64,000 nucleotides of DNA from contig OX638351.1 in assembly GCA_951813565.1 (NCBI GenBank), positions 2,848,001 through 2,912,000 on the forward strand, read 5' to 3'. Of the stretch, positions 1 through 10,782 are shown piece after piece. This stretch comes from an uncultured Poribacteria bacterium (GTDB lineage: Bacteria; Poribacteria; WGA-4E; WGA-3G). A program made the position numbers and the translations under genes. The notes beneath the pieces were generated by a model. That model was not told where the DNA came from. It was given only the letters and a program-made list of their open reading frames with translations, and ran no database searches. Position 1 is the stretch's first letter; every line of letters begins with the position of its first letter.

Positions 1-52
1 AAGACCTAAACTCACAGTTAATCTCATAAAATGAAATACTTAAAACTAAATA

Positions 53-317
53 AGGGGTGTGCATAAATAATTTCGATGTTAAATATGCGCTTAAAGGTAG
101 TCCGCACACGCCGTGGGTTTCCGTCCACAAGTTCAAAGAGGCGCAGCATGCCACACGGTGAATGCCATAAGGCATTCATACCGTTGATTTCTTGATTTGG
201 CGCATGCTGCGTTGATTTGGCAATGAATTCGCGACTACAAACGCATTTCTATAAATCAAGCGGCACCTGGCGTCTGTCCCTGTCTGTGTTGATGCGCCAA
301 ATATTTTGCACACCCCT
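53..317. mobile_element. MITE-like element
   Basis: Terminal inverted repeats AGGGGTGTGCA (53-63) / TGCACACCCCT (307-317); non-coding interior with short palindromes. Confidence 0.5.
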
Positions 318-458
318 CAACTAAATAACCCTGAAGGAATGCGTTTTTTGTTTGATTTTCGGTTGTTTTTATGGTATGATACTGTTATTGATGGCTTTTA
401 GTGATATAGTGGTAAAGTATAATCTTGATTCTGAGTACTCAGTATTGAGGAGACACCC

Positions 459-797
459 ATGGCGAATAACATACCGATGCCTCGCGAGGACCATTGGAGC
501 CGCCCAGTGGCGATGGCGCCCAACGGGCAATGGCTCTCTTTGCAGGAAGTAGTAGAAGAGGAACCTGCACGGTTCTCCTTTATCCAATTAACTCCTGAAC
601 AACAGGCAGAATTGGTTGCGGAACGTATTCGACAACGCCCCAAATATGATATAGGTATTCTCGGTCTTGGAGTCCTGGACAAAAAACGTGCTATTAATGA
701 AGTGCGGGCCCTCACGCCTATAGGATGCACCTTAATTGAGGTCGAGCAGCGAATGATTGAACGTTTGATCAAACGTGCCTATGAAAAAGACCTATAA
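459..797 (+). CDS. Hypothetical protein
   Basis: 112-aa ORF with GAGGAG RBS; no recognisable family. Confidence 0.65.
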   Translation: MANNIPMPREDHWSRPVAMAPNGQWLSLQEVVEEEPARFSFIQLTPEQQAELVAERIRQRPKYDIGILGLGVLDKKRAINEVRALTPIGCTLIEVEQRMIERLIKRAYEKDL

Positions 798-842
798 CAG
801 TGGAAAATAAAAACGCCATCTCAACAAAAACGACGCGTTGAC

Positions 843-1464
843 TTGAAACCTGACTTGAAAATCCTTGCTATTGATTCCAGTTACGATCAGATTACAAAAG
901 CCTCCTACGACTATCGAAACCGGCATGTTTATCCTTATTTGGAATCCAGAGGGTTTGAAATTGTCCGTTGTCAGGGGAGATCTGCGCGTCGTATTTACGT
1001 TGAACCGGAGATATGTCTACGTAACCGGCGTAGGACAAGGTACCGATACAACGTATATGGGAGAGCATTGTGACCCCATTTTTGACATAGGGAACTCTCA
1101 ATCTGAGGAATTACGTAACAAGGTGGTACACTTTTTTGCCTGTCAAACTGCTGCTAAACTCGGAGCAGCCTCTGTAAATCATGGATGCCTTGCCTATTTT
1201 GGATATGATAAAGACTTTATAGTTTCTATGCATGTTTCTGATGTCTTTTTTGACTGTGATTCTGAAATCGATCGAGCATTCGCTGACGGTTTGACCGCGG
1301 AAGAAGTATACGACCGTGTAATTGCCCACTACGATGAAAAAATAGACGAATTAGAAGGCGGCGGACACGACGAGGCTGCAGCCGCTTTAATATACAATCG
1401 CGACCACCTCTGTGCGCCATCAGTTGACCCGAAATGGGGAAACAAAAAAGCCAGAATCATATAA
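843..1464 (+). pseudogene. Frameshifted peptidase C25/caspase-fold-like gene
   Basis: N-terminus in the 843 frame (..ARRIYVEPE) continues in the 865 frame near nt 1010 (VYVTGVGQG..VVHFFACQTA..GCLAYFGY); GQG where GHG is expected. Confidence 0.5.
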
Positions 1465-1514
1465 TCATAGGCAATCAGATTATAAATATTACGAGTTAGA
1501 GGTAACAAAAAAAC

Positions 1515-2918
1515 ATGAAAACACAAACGATGTATGAAAAGATATGGGACGCGCATCTCGTGCGGGCATCCGCAGATGAGGTGCCGATTCTTTATATTGA
1601 CACACACCTTGTTCACGAAGTGACGTCCCCACAAGCATTTGAAGGGTTACGGCTCAACAACCGAAAGGTACGCCGTCCCGAACTGACGTTCGCTACGATG
1701 GATCACAACGTGCCGACAACGGATAGAAGCCTGCCAATTAAAGATCAGATTGCAGCGAAGCAGATGGAAACACTTGCACAAAACTGCACAGAGTTTGATA
1801 TTCCACTCTATGACATCAACAGTCCTGAGCAAGGCATTGTTCATGTCATCGGACCTGAACTCGGTATCACACAGCCCGGAAAAACGATTGTGTGCGGTGA
1901 TAGTCATACCTCAACACACGGTGCGCTCGGTGCACTTGCATTCGGCATCGGCACAAGTGAGATTGAGCATGTCCTTGCAACGCAGTGTCTCTTACAACAC
2001 AAGTCGGAAACCTTTGAAATACGAGTTGATGGCACACTGCCCTACGGCGTTACTGCGAAAGATATTATCCTCTCTATTATCGGACATATCGGTATAGACG
2101 GTGGCAACGGTGCTGTGGTTGAATATACAGGCTCTACGATCCGCTCCCTCAGTATTGAAGAACGGATGACGATATGCAATATGTCTATTGAAGCGGGTGC
2201 CCGTGCAGGCATGATTGCCCCTGATGACACGACTTACGAATACATCGCTGGCAAACGTTTTGCACCGAAAGGTGAAGCGTTTGATGCGTCAGTAGAACGT
2301 TGGAAGCAACTCCCGACTGACGATGGAGCAACCTATGATCGCATCCTAAAACTTGATGCTGCTGATATAGCACCACAGGTGACATGGGGCACAAACCCCG
2401 GTATGGTTACTGATGTGACGGGGCGTGTGCCAAATCCTGTGGATATGGACACAACTGATGAGAAACGTGCTGCAGAACATGCATTGGAATATATGGATCT
2501 AAAACCCGGTACTCCGATGACGGACATTCCAGTTGACAGAGTTTTTATCGGCAGTTGTACGAACTCGCGTATTAGTGATTTACGTGCTGCAGCAGAGGTT
2601 GTGAAGGGCAGGAAAGTTGCAGAAACTGTCAACGCAATGGTTGTTCCCGGTTCACAAGCAGTCAAACGGCAAGCGGAATCGGAAGGGCTTGACGATATTT
2701 TCCGCTCTGCAGGTTTTGAATGGCGAGAAGCAGGTTGTAGCATGTGCCTCGGCATGAATCCCGATACGCTGATGCCAGGACAACGTTGCGCAAGCACATC
2801 AAATCGGAATTTTGAAGGTCGGCAAGGCAAAGGTGGACGCACACACCTTGTTAGTCCACAGATGGCTGCTGCGACTGCAGTAACAGGTCATTTTGTAGAC
2901 ATCCGGACGTTTGGATAG
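1515..2918 (+). CDS. leuC: 3-isopropylmalate dehydratase large subunit
   Basis: [43 protein letters not shown] motifs. Confidence 0.98.
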   Translation: MKTQTMYEKIWDAHLVRASADEVPILYIDTHLVHEVTSPQAFEGLRLNNRKVRRPELTFATMDHNVPTTDRSLPIKDQIAAKQMETLAQNCTEFDIPLYDINSPEQGIVHVIGPELGITQPGKTIVCGDSHTSTHGALGALAFGIGTSEIEHVLATQCLLQHKSETFEIRVDGTLPYGVTAKDIILSIIGHIGIDGGNGAVVEYTGSTIRSLSIEERMTICNMSIEAGARAGMIAPDDTTYEYIAGKRFAPKGEAFDASVERWKQLPTDDGATYDRILKLDAADIAPQVTWGTNPGMVTDVTGRVPNPVDMDTTDEKRAAEHALEYMDLKPGTPMTDIPVDRVFIGSCTNSRISDLRAAAEVVKGRKVAETVNAMVVPGSQAVKRQAESEGLDDIFRSAGFEWREAGCSMCLGMNPDTLMPGQRCASTSNRNFEGRQGKGGRTHLVSPQMAAATAVTGHFVDIRTFG

Positions 2919-2995
2919 GTTACATACAGGCTTGCACAAATGGCAAAGAACATACCAGCAACGTCCGCCTTACCAAGGAAAATACGGAGGTAACA

Positions 2996-3202
2996 ATGGA
3001 ATCTACCATCATTGAAAAAATCAAGGAGCTTCCACCGGAGCTCCAAGAAGAAGTTATTAATTTCATTGATTTCTTACGAACAAAAAGAAGCTCAAAACAG
3101 AAGAAAAAACCAAACTTGAAATGGATTGGCGGATTAAAAGCGTATCGAGACCAGTTTACAGCCCTTGAACTTCAGAAAAAAGGGGCAGATTGGAGGGATT
3201 AG
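2996..3202 (+). CDS. DUF2281-type antitoxin
   Basis: LPPELQEEVINFIDFL...W-x-G-x-L pattern; directly upstream of a PIN toxin. Confidence 0.8.
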   Translation: MESTIIEKIKELPPELQEEVINFIDFLRTKRSSKQKKKPNLKWIGGLKAYRDQFTALELQKKGADWRD

Positions 3203-3594
3203 TGTACCTCGCGGATACCAATATTTTTCTTGAAGCCTTGTTGGGACAAGACAAAAAGGACGATGTCCAATTATTCTTACAGAATATTAACTTGAGCACA
3301 ATCTTCATAACAGATTTGTCCCTTCATTCCATAGGTATTATTCTGTATCGATTGAAGAATTTTGCACTCTTTAGTTCGTTCATAGAGGATATAATTGTTG
3401 ACGGAGTCGATATCCTCTCATTACCTCCGGAAGATCTTAAAACGCTGGATCTGACAGCCGATAAATTTAACCTTGACTTTGACGATGCGTACCAATACGC
3501 TGTTGCCGCGAAATATGAGATGCAACTCATCAGTTTTGATACGGATTTTGATCGAACTGAAAGGAAACGAAAGGAACCCATTGAGGTGTTATAG
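3202..3594 (+). CDS. vapC: PIN-domain (VapC-like) toxin
   Basis: YLADTNIFLE, LDFDDAYQY, LISFDTDFD acidic PIN motifs; GTG start at 3202 inferred. Confidence 0.88.
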   Translation: MYLADTNIFLEALLGQDKKDDVQLFLQNINLSTIFITDLSLHSIGIILYRLKNFALFSSFIEDIIVDGVDILSLPPEDLKTLDLTADKFNLDFDDAYQYAVAAKYEMQLISFDTDFDRTERKRKEPIEVL

Positions 3595-3724
3595 CGGATT
3601 CTACAATTAACTGGACATCTGAGCTGTCCGAGGGAACTCCGATTCCCGACTAACAGTGGTTTCATCGCGATTCGGAGATCGCTCGGACAGAATATATGTG
3701 AACTTATTTACATAATTTACTATA
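3590..3724 (+). mobile_element. 135-bp MITE/REP-containing repeat, copy 1
   Basis: Near-identical to 27399-27533 (reverse) and 47671-47805; imperfect TIR TATAG(C/T)GGATT..AATTTACTATA. Confidence 0.85.
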
Positions 3725-3801
3725 TAATAAATTCTTCGGTAGTATGAAACCCAAATTTATCTGAAAATGCCAGAAAATACCAGAAGGAGAAGACAGAAAA
3801 G

Positions 3802-4392
3802 ATGGAAGCATTCAAAGAACACGTTGGACTTGTTGTTCCACTTGACCGCATTAATGTTGACACCGACCAGATTATCCCAAAACAATTCCTAAAACGGATT
3901 GAACGGACCGGCTTCGGTGAATTTTTATTTTATGATTGGCGTTATCTTGAAAATGGCGACCCGAATCCGGAGTTTGTGCTGAACCATCCCCGTTATGCTG
4001 GAGCAAGTATCCTAATTGCTGGCGTAAACTTCGGTTGTGGCAGTTCACGTGAACATGCACCTTGGGCATTGCAGCAATACGGTTTTAAAGCGATTCTGGC
4101 ACCGTCGTTTGCCGACATCTTCCGCAATAATTGTTATAAGAACGGAATATTGCCTATCGCCTTGCCTGTAGGTGTTATCGCCTCGCTTAGTCAAGAAGCA
4201 CAGGATACTGAAGGGTATCGGTTGATGGTAGATTTAGAGGAACAATCGGTAATCTGTCCTGATGGAACGGCACACACTTATGAAATCGGTGATTTTGAGA
4301 AGTATTGTTTGCTAAACGGACTTGATGAGATAGGTTGGACCTTGCAGTATGAGGCGGACATTGCTGCGTATGAAAATCAAAATCGCTTATAG
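3802..4392 (+). CDS. leuD: 3-isopropylmalate dehydratase small subunit
   Basis: [35 protein letters not shown]. Confidence 0.98.
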   Translation: MEAFKEHVGLVVPLDRINVDTDQIIPKQFLKRIERTGFGEFLFYDWRYLENGDPNPEFVLNHPRYAGASILIAGVNFGCGSSREHAPWALQQYGFKAILAPSFADIFRNNCYKNGILPIALPVGVIASLSQEAQDTEGYRLMVDLEEQSVICPDGTAHTYEIGDFEKYCLLNGLDEIGWTLQYEADIAAYENQNRL

Positions 4393-4485
4393 ACGCAAAG
4401 TCTGCTCGTTCAAACTATTTCTCACGACCTTGATACTATTAACCTGCATCAGGCATTACTACGCAAAATTAAGATGGAGGTAGAA

Positions 4486-4807
4486 ATGGCACAACCAAAA
4501 AAGATTAGAGCTACCTACAAAAATGGTGTGATTGAACCGTTAGACAAACTTAACCTTCCCGAAGGACAAGAACTTGAGCTTGAATTCAAAGTACTCCCCT
4601 CTGCCACTTCTGAACTTTCTAAAGAAGAAAAAAAGAGGTGATTCGGAAAATGTGAGGCTCAATGAAAGGCACATAGGGAACTACCGTTGAAGAAATTAAT
4701 GCTTATCTCACGTCAGAAAGGAAGTCATGGGACAGAGAACTTTAGAAATAGGCTCAGCAGATTCTGAACCCACTTCTGTGTTATTGGATACGTCCGTTTT
4801 TATATAG
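4486..4807 (+). pseudogene. Degraded toxin-antitoxin pair (AF2212/DUF104-like antitoxin plus truncated PIN toxin)
   Basis: 4486-4641 MAQPKKIRATYKNGVIEPLDKLNLPEGQEL; 4727-4807 MGQRT..VLLDTSVFI* is cut where a MITE begins. Confidence 0.65.
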
Positions 4808-4808
4808 T

Positions 4809-4971
4809 TATACCATTTCTAATATATGAATGTATCATTCTCGGCGGAGATTCTGTAGGAGCGACCTCCCGGTCGCGACCAGGAGGTCGCTCCTACAGAG
4901 GATATTTTCCAATTATATTTGATCCCATAAAATTTCCGTAATGGGTTTTTGTTTATTAGAATTTGTATTAT
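4809..4971. mobile_element. MITE carrying a GTAG-type REP palindrome
   Basis: Ends TATACCATTTCTAAT / ATTAGAATTTGTAT, related to 10783-10909; internal palindrome TCTGTAGGAGCGACCTCC..GGAGGTCGCTCCTACAGA at 4852-4899. Confidence 0.6.
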
Positions 4972-5088
4972 GTCCGATCAATCGGCATCTATCTTTAGAA
5001 CTGGTTTTACTTCTCCGCAATAGTCTGCAAAACTGCATCCGAAAATACGTATAAGTGAATACGAAAAATTTATGCAGTGGAGAAGTAA

Positions 5089-6669
5089 ATGAGGACTTTA
5101 TCAGATAAAATCACGCTTAGTCTTGACAGTGATGCAGACGTGTTGGTCAAAGCCTTCATTGCCCCGATTGAATACACCCAACGCAACTATCACGTGGACT
5201 GGGACGAATTGGCGAACCTAAAGGCTGTTGAACCGGAGAAACAATATCCTACCTCCGTTTTTCAAGCATTTCTGCCATCGGAATCGGTTTCAGTGGGTGA
5301 ATGCTGGCAGATTGAAGAAGAAGGGGCATTAACGCTGCTAAGACAACTCAGTCCAAACCCACAATTGGAGTTGGAAATTGGTGGGGCGGATTCTTACGGT
5401 TTGTGGGCATGTCTACGCGCCTACAATGATGTGTTTGCTGAGATTCTGTTCCGTATCCACGCGGAATTCGTCTTAGAAAAAGGTTGGTTTGCCCCATCGC
5501 AGTTTGCCGGACATGCGGTTATAGATCGGGTCGAAAAGAAAGTTGCCTCCTTCAAGATGCACGTTCCGGATGCCACACTGAACTTTGATGCACGTTGGAG
5601 AATTAGAGATGGACTCTGCGGAGCGGACATCGGCTTTTGCCCGCAAATGGAACTCTGTGCAGGTGAACAAGACGTTTTTCAAGATGCCAAATTCACAGAA
5701 GCGATCACCCAAGAGGAAGCATTGCAAGCACTGATGTTACGTTTTTACAAATCAGCGCGAATTAACTGGGTCCCGCTGGAGGAAGCGTTGGAATTGGCAC
5801 CTGCATTACAGAAACCAATTCACGCCATTTCATCAGGTGGTCCGCTTGCAGACGAGTCGTGCTGAGGGAGTGGCAAAAGCCTGAGGGCAGGTGCCCTCTC
5901 TGACGATCAAAACATTGAATTCCTGAACGAAAATTTCATCAACACTTGGGTGGCAGATGCTGAATTAGGGCGTATCCACAGTTTGCGAGAACCGATTGCC
6001 AAGAGACGCGAGCGCGAGGGTGAGACGTTTGACACAAGCCATCCGTTAGCACAAGCCATTATAAAGGGGTGGAAAACCGGATCGAAAAAAGGTTCACCCG
6101 TAGATTGTTTCGTCATATCACCTGATTTTGAACTGATGGGCAGACAACTTGTCAATGAAATCTATAACGACAGTAGACGTAAGGGATTACTTTCGGATGA
6201 AGAGTATTACCTTATGTTTCTCAAGGAGTGCTTGGAGGGAAAGCAACCCGGATTGGGGAACATCACTCTGAACAGTGAAGAACCTTCTCAGGAGGTCCTT
6301 GAGGTTTTCCGAACACCAGTGGTTGGCTATCAGGATTACACCATTGTTGTCATTGACACAAGGGCGTTTGAAAATGGTGGCACGTTAACCGTTGATATTG
6401 AAACTGGTAGAGCGGATGCGGAAGGGCACTTCTATTTGTTTGATGGTGACAGCGAGCTTCCAATGGATGAACGGGTGCCTAAAGATAAAAGACTTGCTTC
6501 TGCATGGATTGAGCCTGATGAGACAGGGCAACTCACACATCGCTTTGACCGAGGCGCGTTTTTTAGATTAGGTGCTACCGGGTGTTACGGTAGAAGTGAG
6601 AAAGGCAGCACAAATGCTTTTAAGGCAAAAATTTCTGTAGAGCCAGTGGAGAAACCCAGATCAATGTAG
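5089..6669 (+). CDS. Selenoprotein N (SelN)-like protein, paralog 1; in-frame UGA at 5863-5865 read as Sec (526 aa)
   Basis: ORFs 5089-5865 and 5950-6669 are in one frame separated only by TGA; readthrough DESC-U-GSGKSLR..LNENFINTW; FRIHAEF, P-x-QF-x-GH and PQMEL motifs as in animal SELENON. Confidence 0.88.
5883..5898 (+). promoter_or_regulatory. Putative bacterial SECIS hairpin
   Basis: GAGGGC-AGGT-GCCCTC stem-loop; loop starts 23 nt after the UGA and has G at position 2. Confidence 0.65.
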
Positions 6670-6721
6670 TGCTCTGTCCATCTTAAAACTATGGGTTTTG
6701 TTGCATGAGAAACCTAACCCT

Positions 6722-6859
6722 CATGAGTTTTGACGTTCAAGTTGGGTATTCGTAGGGACGTGGTCCCCACGCCCGATCTACAGAAACTCACAAACCAAGC
6801 GGGTTGGGGAACCCAACCGCTACGTATTCAACTACCGATTTTGATTGTCAAAGTTCATA
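6722..6859. repeat. REP-doublet/MITE-like element
   Basis: CGTAGGGACGTGG..CCCG and GCGGGTTGGG..CGCTACG arms within imperfect terminal inverted repeats ATGAGTTTTGAC / GTCAAAGTTCAT. Confidence 0.45.
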
Positions 6860-7075
6860 AGGTAGAAGCACTCTCCGAATCGCGACTGCTAAATGAAACT
6901 TGACAGAACAGTAGCATTTGCGATGCTATACATACTAAAGTTTGGATAAAGTCAAATTAAAATTACGTTTTTTTCTGAAAGATGTTATAATGTTACTGGA
7001 CCTATAGACAGTGTTTTGTAATCAAAACAAACTACATTTTGGCGATACCTTTAATGCGATATAGAGGTAAGAATC

Positions 7076-7360
7076 ATGCTTTCTATCACGTTGGATGTCC
7101 CTAGTGAACTTTCAACCCCACTTTCTATTTCCGGCTATAATCAAGAGAAACTGACTGAAGAGGCAAAACGGTTGCTTGCGATTTCTCTCTTCGAGCGCAA
7201 CATTCTTTCTTTAGGGCAAGCTGCAAAATTGGCAGAACTACACTTATGGGATTTTATTCGACTTCTGAGTCAGCAGGATATCCCGGTTGCTGAATACGAT
7301 GAGGAGGAAATCCAACAGGAATTGAAGACTGTCGAATGCTTAATACAACAAACAAAGTAA
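7076..7360 (+). CDS. UPF0175-family putative antitoxin
   Basis: LAISLFERNILSLGQAAKLAEL..F..LL HTH-like pattern. Confidence 0.8.
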   Translation: MLSITLDVPSELSTPLSISGYNQEKLTEEAKRLLAISLFERNILSLGQAAKLAELHLWDFIRLLSQQDIPVAEYDEEEIQQELKTVECLIQQTK

Positions 7361-7863
7361 CTGATGCAAACAAGTTGATAGCTGTAGCTGATGCCTCATT
7401 TGTAATTGGTATCTCTCTTTGCCTACAGTGGGACACTTTGAAAGCACTTGTTGAAACGTTGATCATCGCGGACAAAGTTTGGGAGGAAGTTGTTGAAAGA
7501 GGAGAAGGGAGACCGGGAGAAAAAGAATTGCGACAGGCGACTTTTGTTGAAAGGCAAACCGTTTCTAACACATCAGCAGTTACAATGCTAATGACAACAC
7601 TAGATAAAGGAGAGGCTGAAACGCTTGTATTAGCAACAGAACAGGGTATAACGAGCGTGTTTGTTGATGACCTACGCGGGCGAAAAGTTGCTCAATCTTT
7701 AGGATTGCAAGCAGTCGGTGTAGCAGGTTTTCTTTTGTTTGCGAAAAAGAAGGGCAAAATTAGAGCGGTTCGACCGTTACTATTACAACTCCAGCAAAAA
7801 GGCTTCCGGCTCAGCAGTAGATTGATCAACGCGGTGCTTGAAGAGGCGAGCGAAACACTTTGA
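7336..7863 (+). CDS. DUF3368-type PIN-domain protein
   Basis: VADAS..I, LDKGEAETLVLA, VDDLRGRKVA, GFRLS motifs; start uncertain. Confidence 0.82.
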   Translation: MLNTTNKVTDANKLIAVADASFVIGISLCLQWDTLKALVETLIIADKVWEEVVERGEGRPGEKELRQATFVERQTVSNTSAVTMLMTTLDKGEAETLVLATEQGITSVFVDDLRGRKVAQSLGLQAVGVAGFLLFAKKKGKIRAVRPLLLQLQQKGFRLSSRLINAVLEEASETL

Positions 7864-7965
7864 AAACTTAACTTGCACGCAACGCGAATTGTCCAACTTT
7901 AGTATACATAAGTGCATCCGAAAATGTGTATAGATGAATAAAAAATTTCTTTAGTGGAGAATTAA

Positions 7966-10002
7966 ATGAGGACTTTATCAGATAAAATCACGCTTAATTT
8001 TGACGGTGATGTTAAGGTGTTAGTTAAAGCCTTCATCGCACCGTTTGAATACGACTCATCCGACTTTCACGTGGAGTGGGACGAATTGGCGAACCTGCGG
8101 GTTGCTGAACCAGAGAAACAATATCCTGCTTCGGTTTTTCAATCTTTTCTACCGTCAGAATCGGTTGCAGTGGGTGAATGTTGGCAGATTCAAGAAGAAG
8201 CTGCATTAACATTGTTGAGACAACTCAACCCGCGTCCACAACTGAAGTTGCATATTAATTCGGGAGATCCTCGGCGTGCTATGTGGGCATGTCTGCGTGC
8301 TTACAATAACGAATTTGCTGAGATTCTATTCCGTATCCATGGACAATTCGTCATGAATCGCGGTTGGTTGACACCTTCACAATTTGCTGGACATCTGATC
8401 ATTGACCGGCTTCAAGAAAATATCGTCTCCTTCAAGATGCATGTGCCTCCAACGACACTGAACTTTGATATCGGTTGGACGCAAGAAGACGGGAACACTG
8501 CTGCGGCTATCGGCTATTGCCCGCAAATGGAGCTCTCTGCTGGCACACAACTGCCTGATGTCGCATTCATCGCGTCAATCACGCAAGAGAAAGCGGGACA
8601 CGCTCTGGTATCGTGCTTCTATAAGTTTCAGAAAATTAACTGGGTATCGCTGGAGGAAGCGTTAGAGATGGCACCCGCACAGCAGAAACCGGTTCATGTA
8701 ATTTCGGTAGATGGACCGCTCTTTGACGAGGCGTGCTGAGGGAGTGGTAAAATCCTGAGGGCAGTTGAGCTCTCTGAAGATCGAATCATAGAATTCTTGA
8801 ACCAAAACTTCATCAACGCGTGGGTACCCAACGCTGAATTAGGACGAACCCCCAGTCTGCGAGAACCGATTGCCAAGCGACGCGAACGCGAAGGTAAGAC
8901 CTTCGACACAAGCCATCCCTTAGCACAAGCAATTATCAAAACCTGGAAAAAGGGTTCACCAGTGGATTGTTTGGTTATCTCACCGGAGTTTGAAGCGATG
9001 GGCGGCATAGACTATAATTTTTTCCCCGAATGTTTGGGCGAGTTTGAGGACGAGGCAGAGGCTTACCTATTTTTTCTCAAAGCATCCATGGAAGGAAAAC
9101 GTCCTGGCTTGGGAGACATCATCCTTACTCCTGAACAACCCTCACAGGAGGTAATTGACACTATTCACACTCCGAAAATGGCACATCAGGACTACACAGT
9201 TGTCGGTATTGACACCACGGCGTTTGAAGGTGGTGGCACACTCACTGCCAACATCCAAGTCGGAAGAGACAAAGGAATAGGGATTTTCCATCTCCTCGAT
9301 GGAGACAAAAAACTTCCGACGGAAAAAGTGCCTGATGGCATTGATCCTACAGAATGGAACAGCCAAGAAAGCGATGAATATAAGAAGGCACTTGGCGCAC
9401 TTACCAGAGTCTGGGGGATATTCCCCGGTGAAACTGGACAAATTACGTATCAGTTCAATCGTGGTCAACGCTTTAAATTATGTGCGACTGGGGATCAATG
9501 GGGTGGGATAGGAGACATAAACGCATTTCACGCAAAAATTTCTGTAGAGAGGAATCAAGTCGGATCCCTGGAAGAGAGACCTATTGGAATATCATCAGCT
9601 CCATTAAACGAGCTCAGCGTTGTACTCAATGCCGAAAAATCTGAGCAAGAAGTTTTGCTCAATTTTCGCTCCCCGGGCAAAGGTTACCAAGATTACACCG
9701 TTGTCAGTGTTGATACTACGGCGTTTGAAGATGGCGGAGTCCTGATCGTTGATATCCGAGTTGGGGACGCAAAAGCGTCTGCGTCGTTTGATCTGTTTGA
9801 TAGCGACACCGAACTCCCGACAGAAGGGATACCCGAGGCACTCGTCTCGGCGTGGGGTATTAAACCCGGTAACTCAGGGATAATCAGACATCGTTTTGAG
9901 CGAGGCGCCGTCTTTAAACTGGGTGCCACCGGCGACTGGTTCAGTAAAAAAGGGGACATGAACGCTTTTGAAGCAAAAATCGCTGTGGAAGCGGCAGACT
10001 GA
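7966..10002 (+). CDS. Selenoprotein N (SelN)-like protein, paralog 2; in-frame UGA at 8737-8739 read as Sec (678 aa)
   Basis: ORFs 7966-8739 and 8797-10002 are in one frame; DEAC-U-GSGKILR..LNQNFINAW; TGA at the equivalent position to paralog 1. Confidence 0.88.
8757..8774 (+). promoter_or_regulatory. Putative bacterial SECIS hairpin
   Basis: GAGGGC-AGTTGA-GCTCTC (one G-U pair); loop starts 23 nt after the UGA. Confidence 0.55.
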
Positions 10003-10695
10003 TCACTGATTGCTGACATCCGATAGCTGCACAAACTGGTATCCGTCCCGTTTAAGTGCTGTGATGATTCGGTCTGTTGCTTCGATTGTCCCTGAACGGT
10101 TTGCGTCCTTATTTTCCGCTTTCCCATCGTGTAGGACGATAATCGAACCCGGTTTAGTCTTTTGCAATACCTTTTCAGTGATCCTATCTGGGTTTTGGGT
10201 CGTCCAATCCCAACTCCACACATTGCAACTGATATGTGGTCGGTTTTCCTTTGCAAGAACCCATGCGACTGGCAAAAAGCGTGTTAGCATTGGTGCTCGA
10301 AATACTATCTCCTCCGAAATCGCGTGTTGCCTAATTAGGTCGTCCGTACGTTCAATTTCCCGCTGGACATAGATCGGCGGCAGAAAACCGAGCACTGGAT
10401 GGCTATAGGTGTGATTGCCAATCTGGTGATCCTCGGCAATAATCCGATTTACTGTTTCAGGATGCTTCTCAATCCGATTTCCAATCATGAAGAATGTGGC
10501 TTTGACGTTGTGCTTCGCGAGGACATCAAGTAACCGCTCAGTATAAGGCGGATTTGGTCCATCATCGTAAGTGAGCGCGACAACCTTCTGATCTGTGTTC
10601 AGGCGAACGACATTCTTCCCGAACGGTGGTCTGAAGAAATACCATAGTAATATTACCGTTGCAAATCCTACCACAATGATAATTATTAAATTCAC
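10003..10695 (-). CDS. Polysaccharide deacetylase (NodB/CE4), membrane-anchored
   Basis: ALTYDDGP, IGNHTYSH, FRAP, DW, IIVLHDG motifs; N-terminal TM segment. Confidence 0.92.
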   Translation of the reverse strand: MNLIIIIVVGFATVILLWYFFRPPFGKNVVRLNTDQKVVALTYDDGPNPPYTERLLDVLAKHNVKATFFMIGNRIEKHPETVNRIIAEDHQIGNHTYSHPVLGFLPPIYVQREIERTDDLIRQHAISEEIVFRAPMLTRFLPVAWVLAKENRPHISCNVWSWDWTTQNPDRITEKVLQKTKPGSIIVLHDGKAENKDANRSGTIEATDRIITALKRDGYQFVQLSDVSNQ

Positions 10696-10782
10696 TATAA
10701 TTGATGCCTCAAAAATCTTAGAGTGAACGATTTATTGGGAATTGGCTTTCTCTAAATCCTTACATCCAACTCACGTTTTCTA

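Noticed and set aside
1647..2844. Antisense and alternate-frame ORFs over leuC (and similar ones throughout the window)
   Set aside because: Shadow ORFs of well-supported genes with no recognisable motifs
4639..4641. TGA in the antitoxin as another Sec codon
   Set aside because: No redox motif; downstream sequence has further stops and frameshifts, consistent with decay
5863..8739. TGA codons as nonsense mutations (pseudogenes) or an alternative genetic code
   Set aside because: Same position in two diverged paralogs within a C-U-G-S-G motif; TGA is an ordinary stop in other genes here, and Trp uses TGG
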